DNA of 64,000 nucleotides from Podarcis tiliguerta (taxonomy: Eukaryota), in assembly GCA_965153285.1 (NCBI GenBank), contig OZ229116.1, one strand, 5' to 3'. The notes below the pieces were generated by a model. The model searched no databases, was not told the DNA's origin, and saw only the letters and a list, made by a program, of their open reading frames with translations. This document shows, piece after piece, positions 39,607 through 52,353 of this stretch (the stretch's first letter is position 1; the number at the start of each line of letters is the position of its first letter). A program made the position numbers and the translations under genes.

Positions 39607-42118
39607 TATAAAAATATCTGGAGCCGTTTCCTCTTCATTTTTCTCCTGTTACATCAAAGAGCGATGGGATCCATTTGTTGAAATTAAAGCACCCGACTCT
39701 TTAACTATATTTTTTTAAAATATGGAAACATTTATCTCAATAAATTCTTAGCACAATTTTGCATCCAGACAATATTGCACTGATTAATTATATTTATTGT
39801 TGTTTCTGAAATTGTTGTACAAAATTTAGAAGCACGGTTGCATTTATACCAATTATGTTATAATGCTGTCATTACAACTTACGTTAAAAAATAGGGATTG
39901 TTTTGTCATGGGACTCAAAATGAGGAAATGTTACAATATTTATTCACCAGAACAACCATACTCCCTCTTGTTCTATCCTTGTAGGTAGGCAGAAGTATTT
40001 CCGTAGGACTTACTCCTTGTTCAAGTTTTCCTGGGTTTTGCTGCAAGAGCACCTATAACAGCAGCTTTCCTACCAAAACAGCACATTGCATTCTCCTTTT
40101 AAACAGAATTAGAACAGGTGTACATTGAGCAAATATACCACATGTGATTAAATATTAAGCACTTCACTTCTTTAAACAATACGGTTAGCACCAGAAAAAT
40201 AAGAATAGAAAACTAGCAAACATTTCTACAGGCAAAGAAGATGAGAGAGAAAACTTGATGAAAGCCTCATTTTCAAAGGGATGCCTGCAGCATGTAGCTA
40301 GTGGCAAGTTAACATTAGCTGTAGTCCTTTGTAAGACCTATTTATGGAAAGGGATGTAGGGCTGTTTTGTTTTTGTTTTTACCATAACAAGCAAGCAAAC
40401 AAAAACTATGCTGCAGAAATTACCATACTTACAGTACTTATTTGTATTTTTCTACCTTGCCGCTATTTGACCCTTAATTTAGCAAGTTCTCCTAATTATT
40501 TTGCTGCTTTATAAAATGCTGTTTCTCCCTTTTTTGCACAACTGTATAAAAGAGGTCATCAGTAGAGCAGAAATACAGAGACGGTTGTACTGCTTTATAG
40601 CATATGACTATGTTTTCTTGGCTCAGAATATAGACATTTGTTGGATAGGCTGTTTGGTCCATAATGTAAAGAATCTCTTCACTTTGTTCTGGGGGTGGGG
40701 AGGACAGAACTGTGGCAAATTAATGGGTGCAGAAGCACCAATTTGTATATATATGTACTTCGCTTCCCCTTTACTCTCATAGTCAGTGGTCAGGGGGGTG
40801 GGAGTTGTAGTTTTTAACATCTAGGAATGCAAGGTTGAGAAAGGCTGCTCTAGACCAAGGATAGCCAACCCAGTGCCCTCCAGATATTATTGGACTTCAG
40901 CTCCCATCAGCCTCAGCCAACACAGCCAATAATAATATATGATGGTAGGTATAATCCAACACCACCTGGAGGCTACCATGTAGGCTACCCCTACTTCAGA
41001 CAGAGCTGCACGGTTTTTAGCAGGCCCAACATCCTTGGAAAACTCCAGGGCTCCGTGAATGCTCTTAGGCCTTGGCCTGCTCGCCTCTCAGCCTTGCCCT
41101 AGAGCAGTAGTGGAGGGTTGCAAGCCTTTTGTCAGTATTTTTCCCCACAGTGCCTTGGAGCCAACCTTTGTCATAGCACTCTAAGCAACTAAAATGATGG
41201 GCAGCTTGTTGGTATTTCCAGAGGCCATGGAGCTGTTGTCACCACCATTAGTAACCCTACCAATAAGGGCAACAATGTCAGAGAGGTTGCACCCATGGAC
41301 ACTTGGCCAGGCAGCCAAGCTCTGTTTTTTAGTCATTGTATGGGACTAATTTGATTTTCCTAAAGCAAGAATAAAACTGTAATTGTAAAGTAAGCATATT
41401 CATATAAGGAAAGAATGTTATTTTTGCTTTGGGGGGGGGGCGGGAAGTTGAAAGACTTTGTTTTTCTTTAAACATACATTTGTATGCAAAGCTTATATTT
41501 TTATGTTGCATTCCCAACTAGATTGTGGGGGTAAACAGCCAGCCCACTGTGCCATGCTCCTAAGGTTTATTGGCATATCTGAGCAAGTGGAGCTGTGCAT
41601 AGTGTTGCAGCATAGTGGACTTACAAAGAAAGAAAATTTAAGAAGGGTACTCAGTATCAAATAACTCACAGTACGCTGGCAAAACAAAAAACTTTTGAAA
41701 TTTTACTGTTTCTAATTTCCTTAGTGATGTTTTAGAGGTGGCATGCTGTCCTTCCTAAAGGAAGTATTATGATGTGAAACGAAAGCATGGTTAATGAATT
41801 AACATGTGTGTGTCTTTGTTATGTATTATATATGTGTAGGAGACATTTCCTTGTTAGTCATGGCTATTAGATGTGTGGTAAAGTGTGTTTAAAAAAAATC
41901 TCAGTGAGGAATTGCTGAAGCTTTTGTAAAGATTGGATATGTCACCTGTCTGTTCCAAATGTGCTGCATGATATTTCTGAGATGCATTCTTGCTACCTTT
42001 TCATTTGTTTCTCCAGTTCTAGTCTCATCTTGATTTTTTCATACATTAATATTTGGCTTTTCTTTCCTTCCATTTCATCTTTTCCTCCACTGCCTAAATC
42101 CTTCCACCATCATGGCAG

Positions 42119-42148
42119 AAGAAGCTATCACTCCTACACTTATTACCT
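42119..42148 (+). CDS. PTPRM: PTPRM 30-nt juxtamembrane microexon adding RSYHSYTYYL
   Basis: Long pyrimidine tract at about 42050-42110, GGCAG acceptor, donor CT|GTAAGT at 42149. Phase 2/2, fitting after the TM exon. Resembles the Tyr-rich insert (RRNAYSYSYYL-like) I recall from the paralog PTPRT. Confidence 0.85.
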
Positions 42149-43464
42149 GTAAGTAACTTACTTGTGCATCATCAGAGACATGCTTTCTGCCATGTTGTTC
42201 CTCTGTGCATGAATAGTGAATACTAATGATTCAAACTTCCTTTGTGAAACTTGAAATACTTTTCTGCCTCGCTTGAAACCAAACATCTTCATGTCATTGT
42301 ATTCAAATCCACGTTTCCTTTAGGTTTCCTTTGCCACGTACTGTGTGTTAAAAGTGTTGTGATTTTTTTTCCTCATCAAAAATATTAGGAAAATACAAGC
42401 ACCATTATTAGGATTTCAAAGAACAAAACCAAGTTTAGGGTACCTTTAAATAAAATACTTGGATCCAGATCTTATGCATGTTTACTTAGAAATAAGCCCA
42501 ACTGAGTTCAAAGGGCTTATTCCCAAGTAAGTGGGCATAGAGTTGTTGTTTTTGATTTTTTGTCCTTGTTGAAAATCTAGTGATGTATGTACATGTGCAG
42601 CCATTTACCATACATCCATTGCTGTATACATTTTAATCCCATTCATAAATAAAATGCTGCTTAAATGTTGCATATTCTGTAACACATAGTTGTGCTGTGT
42701 TGATCCCAGAGAAAGAGACGTACATAGTAGGTAAGAGGGTATTTTCTATTTGAAATCAAAAGGGCGTGTTCACAAGGTTATGTTTACTTGTTCGCTGTTA
42801 TTTTTAAAGAGGACCAAATTTTAAATAGAGCAGGAGTGTTTGTACGGCATTGTCTGTCGGGATGACTTGCCTGTTCATTACTTTCTTTCTGAAGAAAATC
42901 TATAGGCGAGTACACAGTGCATGAGCCATAACTGTATAGTAAGCATTTATGGTAGTTAATTTGTAGATAATCTTGGGACGAGGGTTGTTGCCTTTATGGA
43001 GCACATAGAAGAATACCAGTGAAATCTGACAAACCACTTTTGGAAATGGAGTGCTGATCTCGATGGACCTTTAGCAGAACTCTCCTGACATTCTCACAAT
43101 GGCATAGCCCTGCACAAGGTTTCCTACTCCTGCTCCTGTACAGCAAGAGTAAAATGTATGAATCAAGCATGGAGGGGTGAGAGGAGGCATGAAATATTAA
43201 TAAATAACTGCAACAATTTACCTTAAAATACCCAACTTCCTTTTAAAACATTTTTAAAATCTTGAATTTATCAAGGGTGAACATCTGTGTGGTTGTGCAC
43301 CTTTTGACCCCCATCTTATCTGAAATACCATGCCTGGATGAAGCATTCCCAGCCTAAGAGTTGGGTTTTTTAATTTTATTATTATTATTGCTATATAATA
43401 ATATAACTGCTCAGGGCAGTTCACATACTAAAAGATTAATTGATGAAAGACCTATAGTAATAAC

Positions 43465-43595
43465 CAGTGTTATTTTTCTAGAAAAAGAGGTGCCAGAACT
43501 CACCATGAACACCTCCTTTGTTAGAATGGCAATGGCGCCCACTTGAGAGGTGCCGGAACTGAGTTCCAGAGAGTACCAGGTGAAAAAAAACCCTG
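43465..43595. mobile_element. hAT-type MITE (131 bp)
   Basis: CAGTGTTATTTTT ... AAAAAAAACCCTG termini; perfect 8-bp TSD GTAATAAC at 43457-43464 and 43596-43603. Confidence 0.85.
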
Positions 43596-43885
43596 GTAAT
43601 AACTGGTTTATAACTAATGACATTTGGGTTCTGTACATGGTTTAGTGTGGGCATTGGGGAGAACTGGGATCTTAAGTCTTTAACAGCTGTCTAGCAAGCA
43701 GAAATTAAACAGGTTGAACCTTTTCAAGTATGAAAATACAAATAGCGTGTGCAGATATTATGCCAATTTGAGTCTTCTTTTGTGAATGCAACAGAGGGCC
43801 CGGTCCACTGAAAATGCTGTGGCAACCCTGGGGACAATTCCAGTATGTGAAATAAATGACCCAGTAAAGTTGATTTCTGGAATGT

Positions 43886-43939
43886 AGGGGGTTGGACTAG
43901 ATGACCCTTGGGGTCCCTTCCAACTCTACGATTCTATGA
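43886..43939 (+). mobile_element. Very short CR1 3' end
   Basis: AGGGGGTTGGACTAGATGACCCTTGGGGTCCCTTCCAACTCTACGATTCTATGA: the CR1 terminal hairpin plus ATTCTATG tail. Confidence 0.85.
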
Positions 43940-45399
43940 AATGAAAATCAGCCTCAATTTCAGGCTTTTACGCTCTTGGCCCAAATCTCTTTGAATAATA
44001 GAACAAAGATAGTTGCACTCCTGTGGCGCAGAAACAGTTGGGATGTTAAGAAATTATTTGTATATAGCACATTCCCAGAGAAAAATAAAGGGTGCAGTAG
44101 AAAAGCTTGTGGGGAAGGATTTTATATTCTGCTAAGCTTTTAAATGGCTATAAAAAAGAGCTAGCAGACTGCTCCTTGAATGCGGCACATGAAAGGAAGT
44201 ATTGGATTACCTTGGGCACTGACAGCATGTGGGGAAAAGACAGAAAACATCTTGTGGAGGCTTCGATGGCGGGTGTCATTCTATTTTATTCCATGATTCC
44301 TGAACATCTGAAGTATCATTGTGACTGTGCCCACCTCATTACTGTTTGCACACTCTTCGTGTACAGAAATGTTGCTTAAGGCTGTTACACTGCATGGCGA
44401 AGCCACAACTTGGTAGGTAATTTATGTTGCTTAGGGACTGTAGTTTCATAACAAATTAAGCTGTTAGTTTTCAGGGTGATTTAATGAAATATTGAACCAA
44501 GTGCCAAGGGCAGAACCATGAGGAATGAGGTGAACGTACACAAATCAGTGCACAGTTTTGTTTTGTTTTAAAAAGGCGAAAGGTGGAGAAAAGTAACTCA
44601 AATGTCTTTTTATTCCTGTGTTTTAGTTCCTGCTAGCTCAGAAAAGTTAAAACAAAATGCTTCTGTCTCTGGAGTGAAATGTGTTCATTTAGCCTGCTAG
44701 CATTAGCATTCCTGTGTAATTATATTTTCATTTGAACTCTGAAACTCTTATCCTTTGAATACCTTTTAAACCCTACAGAATATGCGCTGGCTGAAATGCC
44801 TTCATTGACCCTATTGGTGGGTGTTATGACTAGATTAATGATAATCTGCCCCAAGGTACCATCTGTCAGCCCTCTTTTGTATTTCCACTAGGTAAATTGT
44901 CTCAGCCTCTCCATTCTTTCCCCCTCTCCAACTCTTCAAAGAATTTCTTTCCTGCCGTAATGCCACAGGAGAGAAGACAGCCCTATCTCATGATTAAGCA
45001 ACATCTGGTTGGGGGAGCTTGTGTACAAAAGATACCAAACTTTCCTTGGGTGATTGCCACTGAGTAGTGAGGGGAAATGTAGGTTAAGGAGTAGACATGG
45101 CCACTTCTTCACTTTGGTTTATTGTTTTGTTTCTCAACATCATGATTGCAATAATATATTGTCAAGGTGAGATGAACAACTATTAGCTACTAGGAGTCAG
45201 AGAGACATGGGGGGGGGGATGAAATCTCAACTACTTTATTATTTTAAAATTCACTAACACATACATACATATTCCTGGGTTTGAAGGTAACAGCATTGAC
45301 CCATTTAAAAACAAACAAACCAGTAGCTGGACCAGATCTGTGTTATATAGAGGGTGTCCCAAATTGTTCCACAGGTAATAGTGCTGAACTATACAGTGT

Positions 45400-45752
45400 G
45401 GGACGTGGGTAGCGCTGTGGGTTAAACCACAGAGCCTAGGACTTGCCAATCAGAAGGTCGGCAGTTCGAATCCCTGCGACGGGGTGAGCTCCCGTTGCTC
45501 AGTCCCTGCTCCTGCCAACCTAGCAGTTCGAAAGCGCGTCAAAGTGCAAGTAGATGAATAGGTACTGCTCCGGCAGGAAGGTAAATGGCGTTCCCGTGTG
45601 TTGCTCTGGTTTGCCAGAAGCGGCTTAGTCATGCTGGCCACATGACCCGGAAGCTGTACGCTGGCTTCCTCTGCCAATAAAGTGAGATGAGCACCGCAAC
45701 CCCAGAGTCGGCCACGACTGGACCTAATGGTCAGGGGTCCCTTGACCTTTAC
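45400..45752 (+). mobile_element. Sauria SINE, full length
   Basis: tRNA-like head (GGGACGTGGGTAGCGCTGTGGG; B-box AGTTCGAATCC) and ACCTTT tail; TSD of about 13 bp, CTATACAGTGTGG, at 45389-45401 and 45753-45765. Confidence 0.92.
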
Positions 45753-48136
45753 CTATACAGTGTGGAACTGCTGTTTCATTCTTTGGAGGAAGATTTCGTC
45801 TCTGAAAAAATGTGCATCGTATCTATGACATGACAACACTTAAGGAGGAGATGAAAAGGGAGGGCAGGGCATGATTTTTAATGATAGGGCTGACTCCAAC
45901 TAAGTCGTTCCATGTGGCCTCCACCCACTAAATATGCTCTGGAGAGTTGAGGGGACACCCAGTACAAGTTTAGGGAGTACATGAGAAGGGGGAGAACTCC
46001 CCTTGTGTGAGCAGAACTCCCCAAGCACATATCCCACTTAGCACCAGTTGAATTCCATACATTATATCATTACTAGGCAGTGATTAACATTGCATAATGA
46101 AATAGTGAGGATTGTCAGTCTATTGAAATTAAAATTTGCTGCCCAAAATTAGGCGACATTGCAAACACATTTTATCCTATGAGTCTCTTCCCTCGGCTTA
46201 TGAGTCTGACCCAGGAAGTCTGGAAGCTTGGGATGTAAGTGGACAGGCTAAGCAGACAAGACTAGATAGGACTTAGGGAACATGTGGCTGCTGAGAAGTG
46301 CCCACAACTTATATTAGTTAATTAGGTTGTGCCAGGATTTTGGGGGGTAGGGGAATGTTTCATTTACCTTTTTTGCTGCTGTATGTCCTGATTACCTCAA
46401 AATTGGGGGGCCAATATTCCTCCCCTTCACCTCTGCTCGGTGGGCAAACACTTTTGCCTATGTTTGCATCTGCTTCTGAAATTGCTTTTGCAGGGATTTA
46501 AAGAACCACAGTGCTCTCTCCTTTTGAGTCCTGTATTTCGTAGGCATTTATACAGCTTGTGTTTAGTAATTGATGTTACACCTTAACAGTCTACTGAAAT
46601 AATGTTTTCACAGTGTTTGAATCTAGGTGTATATGGAAGACTGGTAATGTGCCTATGGATTTCTTTTTTATTTTATTATTGCATGTTAACTTGGAGCTTT
46701 GCCTTCTCTGTTTCTCTCTTTCACTAGAAGCCATTAAACACAGATACTTTCTGAATGTGCCTACTGCATGAAAGCTTTAATTAAATCTACAAGCTGAGCC
46801 TTAAAAAGAACAAGAATCAAATTAATTGTAACCAGGGCTGTGCATTTGTTTCAGTGACAGGCCTTTGCGCTTTGGAGAAAGTGCAATCTGTGTACCCTTA
46901 TCTGAATTAGTAATTTCAATATCACTTTTCATTAGCATGGTAGGTCATTGCCGTGTGTCTTCTGTCTAACACTGTTTGCCTCACAAATAGAGTCTGTTCC
47001 AACCACTTTGCCATAGGATTCCATAGCTGTAAACCCATGAAGTGGAATAAACTCTTTTTCAGCTTTCTGCACCATTGGTTTTTGTGAGTTCTTCTCCAGA
47101 CTGAGCTTCCTAATTAGGCGGCAGCATAATTAAGGCAAATGCAGGATATGCAAATATGGCAACTGGATTTATAGCAGATTTGGGTTATTATGCTGGGCTG
47201 GAGATAAATTAATTTATAAGCATCATTATTATTGACTTTTCAATGACCTAAAGGCAAAAATCTATATAATGTAAGATTAGATTGTGGGCTTAAAAATATA
47301 GTCAAAGGAGAGCAAGTATTGAACCAGGGCTGCTTCCACAGGTCTTTTAAAAATGAAAGCACCTGTAGACATTATCATGCAAGTATTCAGCAATTGTTTA
47401 AATCAGTGTCAGGTGCTATTTATCTATTGCTTCGCTATCTGTTCCTCTGCGTAACATAAATCAAGATGTACATTCTGAAATCACACTTTCAAGGGAAAGG
47501 CCATTTTAAATCTGATAAGGTGCCTAGACTGCAGGGAAACTCATTTATTTAATAATAATGTGCATGTTAAAGTCTGCTCCAAGTTTGGAGGCATGCCCTA
47601 AGGATAGGAGGTCCTATCCTGCACAGGTAGATATAAAATTGCTTTCTCTTCTCCCACAAATTGCCACCACAGAGGGTCTGATCAGGCCCCTGGCCTGGAG
47701 GATTGAGGACTTTAACGAACGGGACCATTTTTACCATGCAAATTGTAGGCTCTATTTTGATTGCAGTTGTAGCACGGGAGCAATGGGTTTTAAAAAACCT
47801 ACATCCCATAGTCCCAATCCATATCAAAGGTCAACATAGGCAGGGTTTTGTTTTGTTGAGGGTCGGGGGGGGGGAGGGAGTGAGCCCTCCACTCAAGGGC
47901 AGAACAATGCAGTTAAGGGCATCTGGTATTTAGTCCTTAGGGTCCCAAATATTTGTATTTTACTATTTTTCACTGGTTATTTATTGCTTATTTGTTATAA
48001 GGTGTCCTTCCGTTTGGATATACTTCATGCCAGGTTGCAATAGATTTTCTTCATCTGAAATATTAAACAAATTCAATTAGATTGAACCATAACTTTGATT
48101 TCCTTCAACTGAAGGGGCAGAATTTTCATATTTACC

Positions 48137-48355
48137 AGAGCTGGTGTATCATAGTGGTTAGAGTGTTAGCCCAGAACTTGGGACACCAGGGTTCAAACCG
48201 CCACTCAATCATTAAACTCTTTTCTAGGCTTTGGGCCAGTCACTATCTCTTAGATTGACCCACCTCACAAAGTGGTTGTGAGGATGAAATAAAGGGGGAG
48301 CACGTATACCACCTTGAGCTCCTTGACAGAACATACATCAAATAAATAAATAAAA
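48137..48355 (+). mobile_element. tRNA-derived (MIR/CORE-like) SINE
   Basis: A-box-like TAGTGGTTAGAG, B-box GGTTCAAACC (48190-48199), CACCTCACA...GGTTGTGAGGAT core and (AAAT)n tail. Confidence 0.75.
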
Positions 48356-49553
48356 TACTTGTTTTGCTTATTATCTGTAGCCAATATATCTGTAGCCAAT
48401 ATATTTTAAAGGATAACAACCCAGTAGATGGGAAATGATGCTATTAAGTATCCAGTTTTGTGATGGCCACCCTGAAATACTACAGTATGCCTATTTTCTA
48501 AGTTTGAATATGTGGGCTGCAGTGATAAATATGCTTACTAGGCAGTAATCCGCCCCCCGCTGGAAGACAGTAAGCCTTGCATATGAATAAACACGAATAG
48601 TATCCCACTGTTTGTGACTCATTGAAATACATTTTAGTTATCTGCCCTAATAATAACATAGTAGTTGCCTATCCAGCTTTACTGGATATTCATTTTAGTG
48701 TGGGATTAATGTAAAATTGGAAATGTCATTTAATGTAATTGGTTACATTAGTGGAAGCATTATTTACGGAAGGTTTTGTTATTGTTAGGGTCATGCCATC
48801 AGGCAATCAAGCAAATGAGATCAAACTAGTGAACCTTAGGAAAATAAATTAACCTCAACAATAAATAAAAGGTTAGTATCCACTGCAAGCACTCCCAAAC
48901 TAGCTAATCTTGATTAATTGTATATTTCACTTTAGGCTATAGATCCTCTTTAAAATGCTATTCAGATTATTAATGCATGATGCCATTATATTAATGTAGA
49001 CTAAAAGTAATGCTTCTTATTTTCGCTTATTAAAGAAAAGTAGTTATCTAATTGGCTTATCAGCATCAAATTAGCTTGCTATTTATATTTATTTATTCTC
49101 ACCCTTTCTCCAAGGAGTTCAGGGTTCTATGCACAAAAGTTACCAATTTTATCTTCACAACAACCTTGGGGGGGCATTTGGCCATAGTACTCCTCAATCC
49201 ATAGCTTTGTTAAGAGGTTTATATGTTCTTTGGTGTATTTTGTACTTTCTGTGAGTTGCCACATTTCTAGCGTACTTGAAGGTTAGAATGTTTTTCTTAT
49301 ACTATCATTCATTGCAATGTCTGCTTCTACTTTTCCATTTTAAGAGTGCAACTACTGTGACCCCAGAAGCCAGTATCCACACATAGCAGGTGCTGTGTTT
49401 TGTGTTCTAGGGCACAGCATGATATAACTATAAAAGTAAAGCACATTACTTGTCATGGTGGTTGAAGTAACATTTTTACAGCATGACGGCCTGACAGCTT
49501 CTTGTTGTATCTAATTAACTAGAAATGCCTGTATAATTTTAGCAGCACGGTCT

Positions 49554-49593
<40 letters not shown>

Positions 49594-51106
49594 TCCCCGC
49601 ACCCCTCCACTTTCCATTCTGGGACCACCGTGCAGGTGGCAACTGCAAGAATTTTCCATGCTTTATTTCCCTTTGAGTGTTGGGGTTTTTTGTTTTGTTT
49701 TTTAAGCTTTTCATCTTGTAAACTAAAAATAAATGATTTGCCAGGATCAGATTGAAATTAAGGGTTGATTCATAAATGTTAAAAAAAAGTAATTATGTAC
49801 ATTTTCATTAATTATTGCATGGGTACTTTTGCATGCAAGAACAAACTGCTGAGTACTTCAGTTTTTTATGCATATATGAAGGCATCTGATTGAAAAAAGC
49901 TGAGATATTTTCTTACTAGATGATAGAGACAGGATGTAACTAACATTTTGATTAACTTGTGGGGGGGGAGGGAGAGAGAGAGAGAGAGAATGAACACCGT
50001 TAAAGCTAAAGTATTTACAAAACTTCATTGTGGCAGCCATGTTCCTGTGAAACCGAACTGTTTTATACAGTCTGTTCATCATTTGATGGCTGAGATACAA
50101 TGTGAATATATGCATGTGGGAATGGACCATTACAGAATTTCATATTACTCTTCAGTTTAGACATTCAGCCGCCAATCATCATTAGGTTCACTGAATTAAA
50201 TCTAGAGTTATGCTTCCATGTGAGTAAAGACTCCCTCCATTTACGGAAGAGACTGAGATACAGTGATAATAAACTCCTGTTTGTCAGGGGAATAAGAAAC
50301 TGTCAACAGGAAAGCAAGAAAAACAAACAAAATGGAATAAATTAGATGCCATTTTCACACCCTAGTGTAACGCCTCACTTAGCACTCTGTCTATTAAATA
50401 AGAGGCACAGCACGGACTAGGATGCTTTCAATCTGTTGAGTAATAACTGATCATGGCAAAAACTGCTGGACAAAAGCCTAGAAATAAACTAACTACTTTA
50501 TGAATAGGAAATTCTTGGCTTGTCTGTGGTAGCAATTATTTATTTGTTGTGATTGTAGCAAGAGAATGATTTATAGCCTACTCACGCTGTAAATATCACA
50601 CACAGGAAGAAACATAACTACTGGCTAAAAGGTCCAACACATTCTGTCCACTTAGTTAAAATGCAGCACTGTTTGGATGACATTTTTGTGATAATGTGAA
50701 GGGGGAAATCTGTTTAGAATAACCGCAGTTATGTTCTGCTGATTGTTGTTGTTGTTTTAAATGGTATCAGGCTAGCTTGAATTGTTCTTTACTCACTAGC
50801 AACATTTTGAGCAATCAGAATATCCCTTTAACTTTAAAGAATTTGTTTAAAATACGGATTTATATGGGGGAGGGACAATCATCTCCATCCAGATTTTCAA
50901 CCAGACCCATGCACTGTTAATTTCACTAATGCTGAAACATGAAATGGTGTTCCCACACTATCCACTGAGCCCCTACCCCACTCCTTCAAGGTAATTAAAA
51001 GGAAATGTACAGTTTTCCTTCTATCACAACAAAACATATTTATGGTGAGCTCATTACATTGATGCAGTCACCAGATTCTCTTCACTCAACATTTAATGCT
51101 TAATAT

Positions 51107-51447
51107 CGCTGTGGATTAAACCACAGAGCCTAGGACTTGTTGATCAGAAGGTTGGCAGTTCGAATCCCCGCAACGGGGTGAGCTCCAGTTGCTCGGTCCC
51201 TTCTCCTACCAACCTAGCAGTTTGAAAGCACGTTAAAGTGCAAGTAGATAAATAGGTACCGCTCCAGCGGGAAGGTAAATGGCGTTTCCGTGCGCTGCTC
51301 TGGTTCGCCAGAAGCGGCTTAGTCATGCTGGCCACATGACCCAGAAGCTGTACAGCGGCTCCCTCGGCCAATAAAGCGAGATGAGCGCCGCAACCCCAGA
51401 GTCAGTCACGACTGGACCTAATGGTCAGGGGTCCCTTTACCTTTACC
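51107..51447 (+). mobile_element. Sauria SINE, slightly 5'-truncated
   Basis: Colinear and highly similar to 45400-45752; (ACCTTT)n tail. Confidence 0.92.
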
Positions 51448-51571
51448 TATCGGAAAGGAAGTTATATTATTTTTACATGTTTGAACATCTGTTTGTAACC
51501 ACATTCTTGTTTGAACTTGCGTTAACCAACACCAGTTATGATAATCATAATAGTACACTGAGAAAGGTTTG

Positions 51572-51656
51572 CTGAAGCAAAGTTCTTAACCAGAGGTAAT
51601 ATTTCTGGGTTAGCGGAGTCTGTAACCTGAAGTGTATGTAACCCAAGGTACCACCG
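51572..51656 (+). mobile_element. 3' fragment of the Tigger-like MITE
   Basis: CTGAAGCAAAGTTCTTAAC...GGTACCACCG|TA matches the 3' third of 36362-36603. Confidence 0.85.
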
Positions 51657-52353
51657 TATAGCTTTCAAGAGCTAACACTGTTCCCACGACTCTTCTCACC
51701 AATTGTTCATGCCAATACACTGTAGAAAATATCATAGAAGCTGATATTTTGATCAAATGCAGGCTATTTCTTTAGGTACATACCACAAACATGCCTATAA
51801 TGGTGAAAGGACTGAACAGAAATTTAGAGTTCCTAACTCAGCAAAATAGACAGTGGGTGGAATCCAATTTCCTTTTGTTCTAATGGAATAGAAAGGAAGG
51901 TGATATTTGCCAATTCCCCCTCCTCCCTGCAACCCCCTGTGTCCCAAAAGGTTGGTTACAGGGTTTTTGGAAGACCCTCCAGATCAGTGTATAAGGTTAT
52001 GCAGGGGACTTACCATAGGAAGAAGCAGCCGGCAAAATCACCTGCCCTCTTCTCTCCCATTAGCAGTGGCTTCCAATGGATCAAAAGTTCTTCAACAAGC
52101 ACAAGGATACGGTTGGAATCATCCCTCCGTCCTGGACAGTACACTGCCATTGAAGTAGTAAATGGTGCAATAGTAACAACATTGTGATGCTGTTAGGAAT
52201 TGGGCACTTTTATATCCTTTCTCCTAAAGAAGGCAAAAGGTAGCATCTTTGTGGGCCACAGCACAGCAGGCTGGTGATGGCCAACTGTGTGTGTGTGTGA
52301 ATACAGTAAGGAAAGACATCACACCAGCTTGAGATCAAAATCAGCCATAACTT

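Noticed and set aside
45400-45480. tRNA gene
   Set aside because: The A/B-box head continues into a SINE body and tail with a TSD; the same applies at 48137 and 51107.
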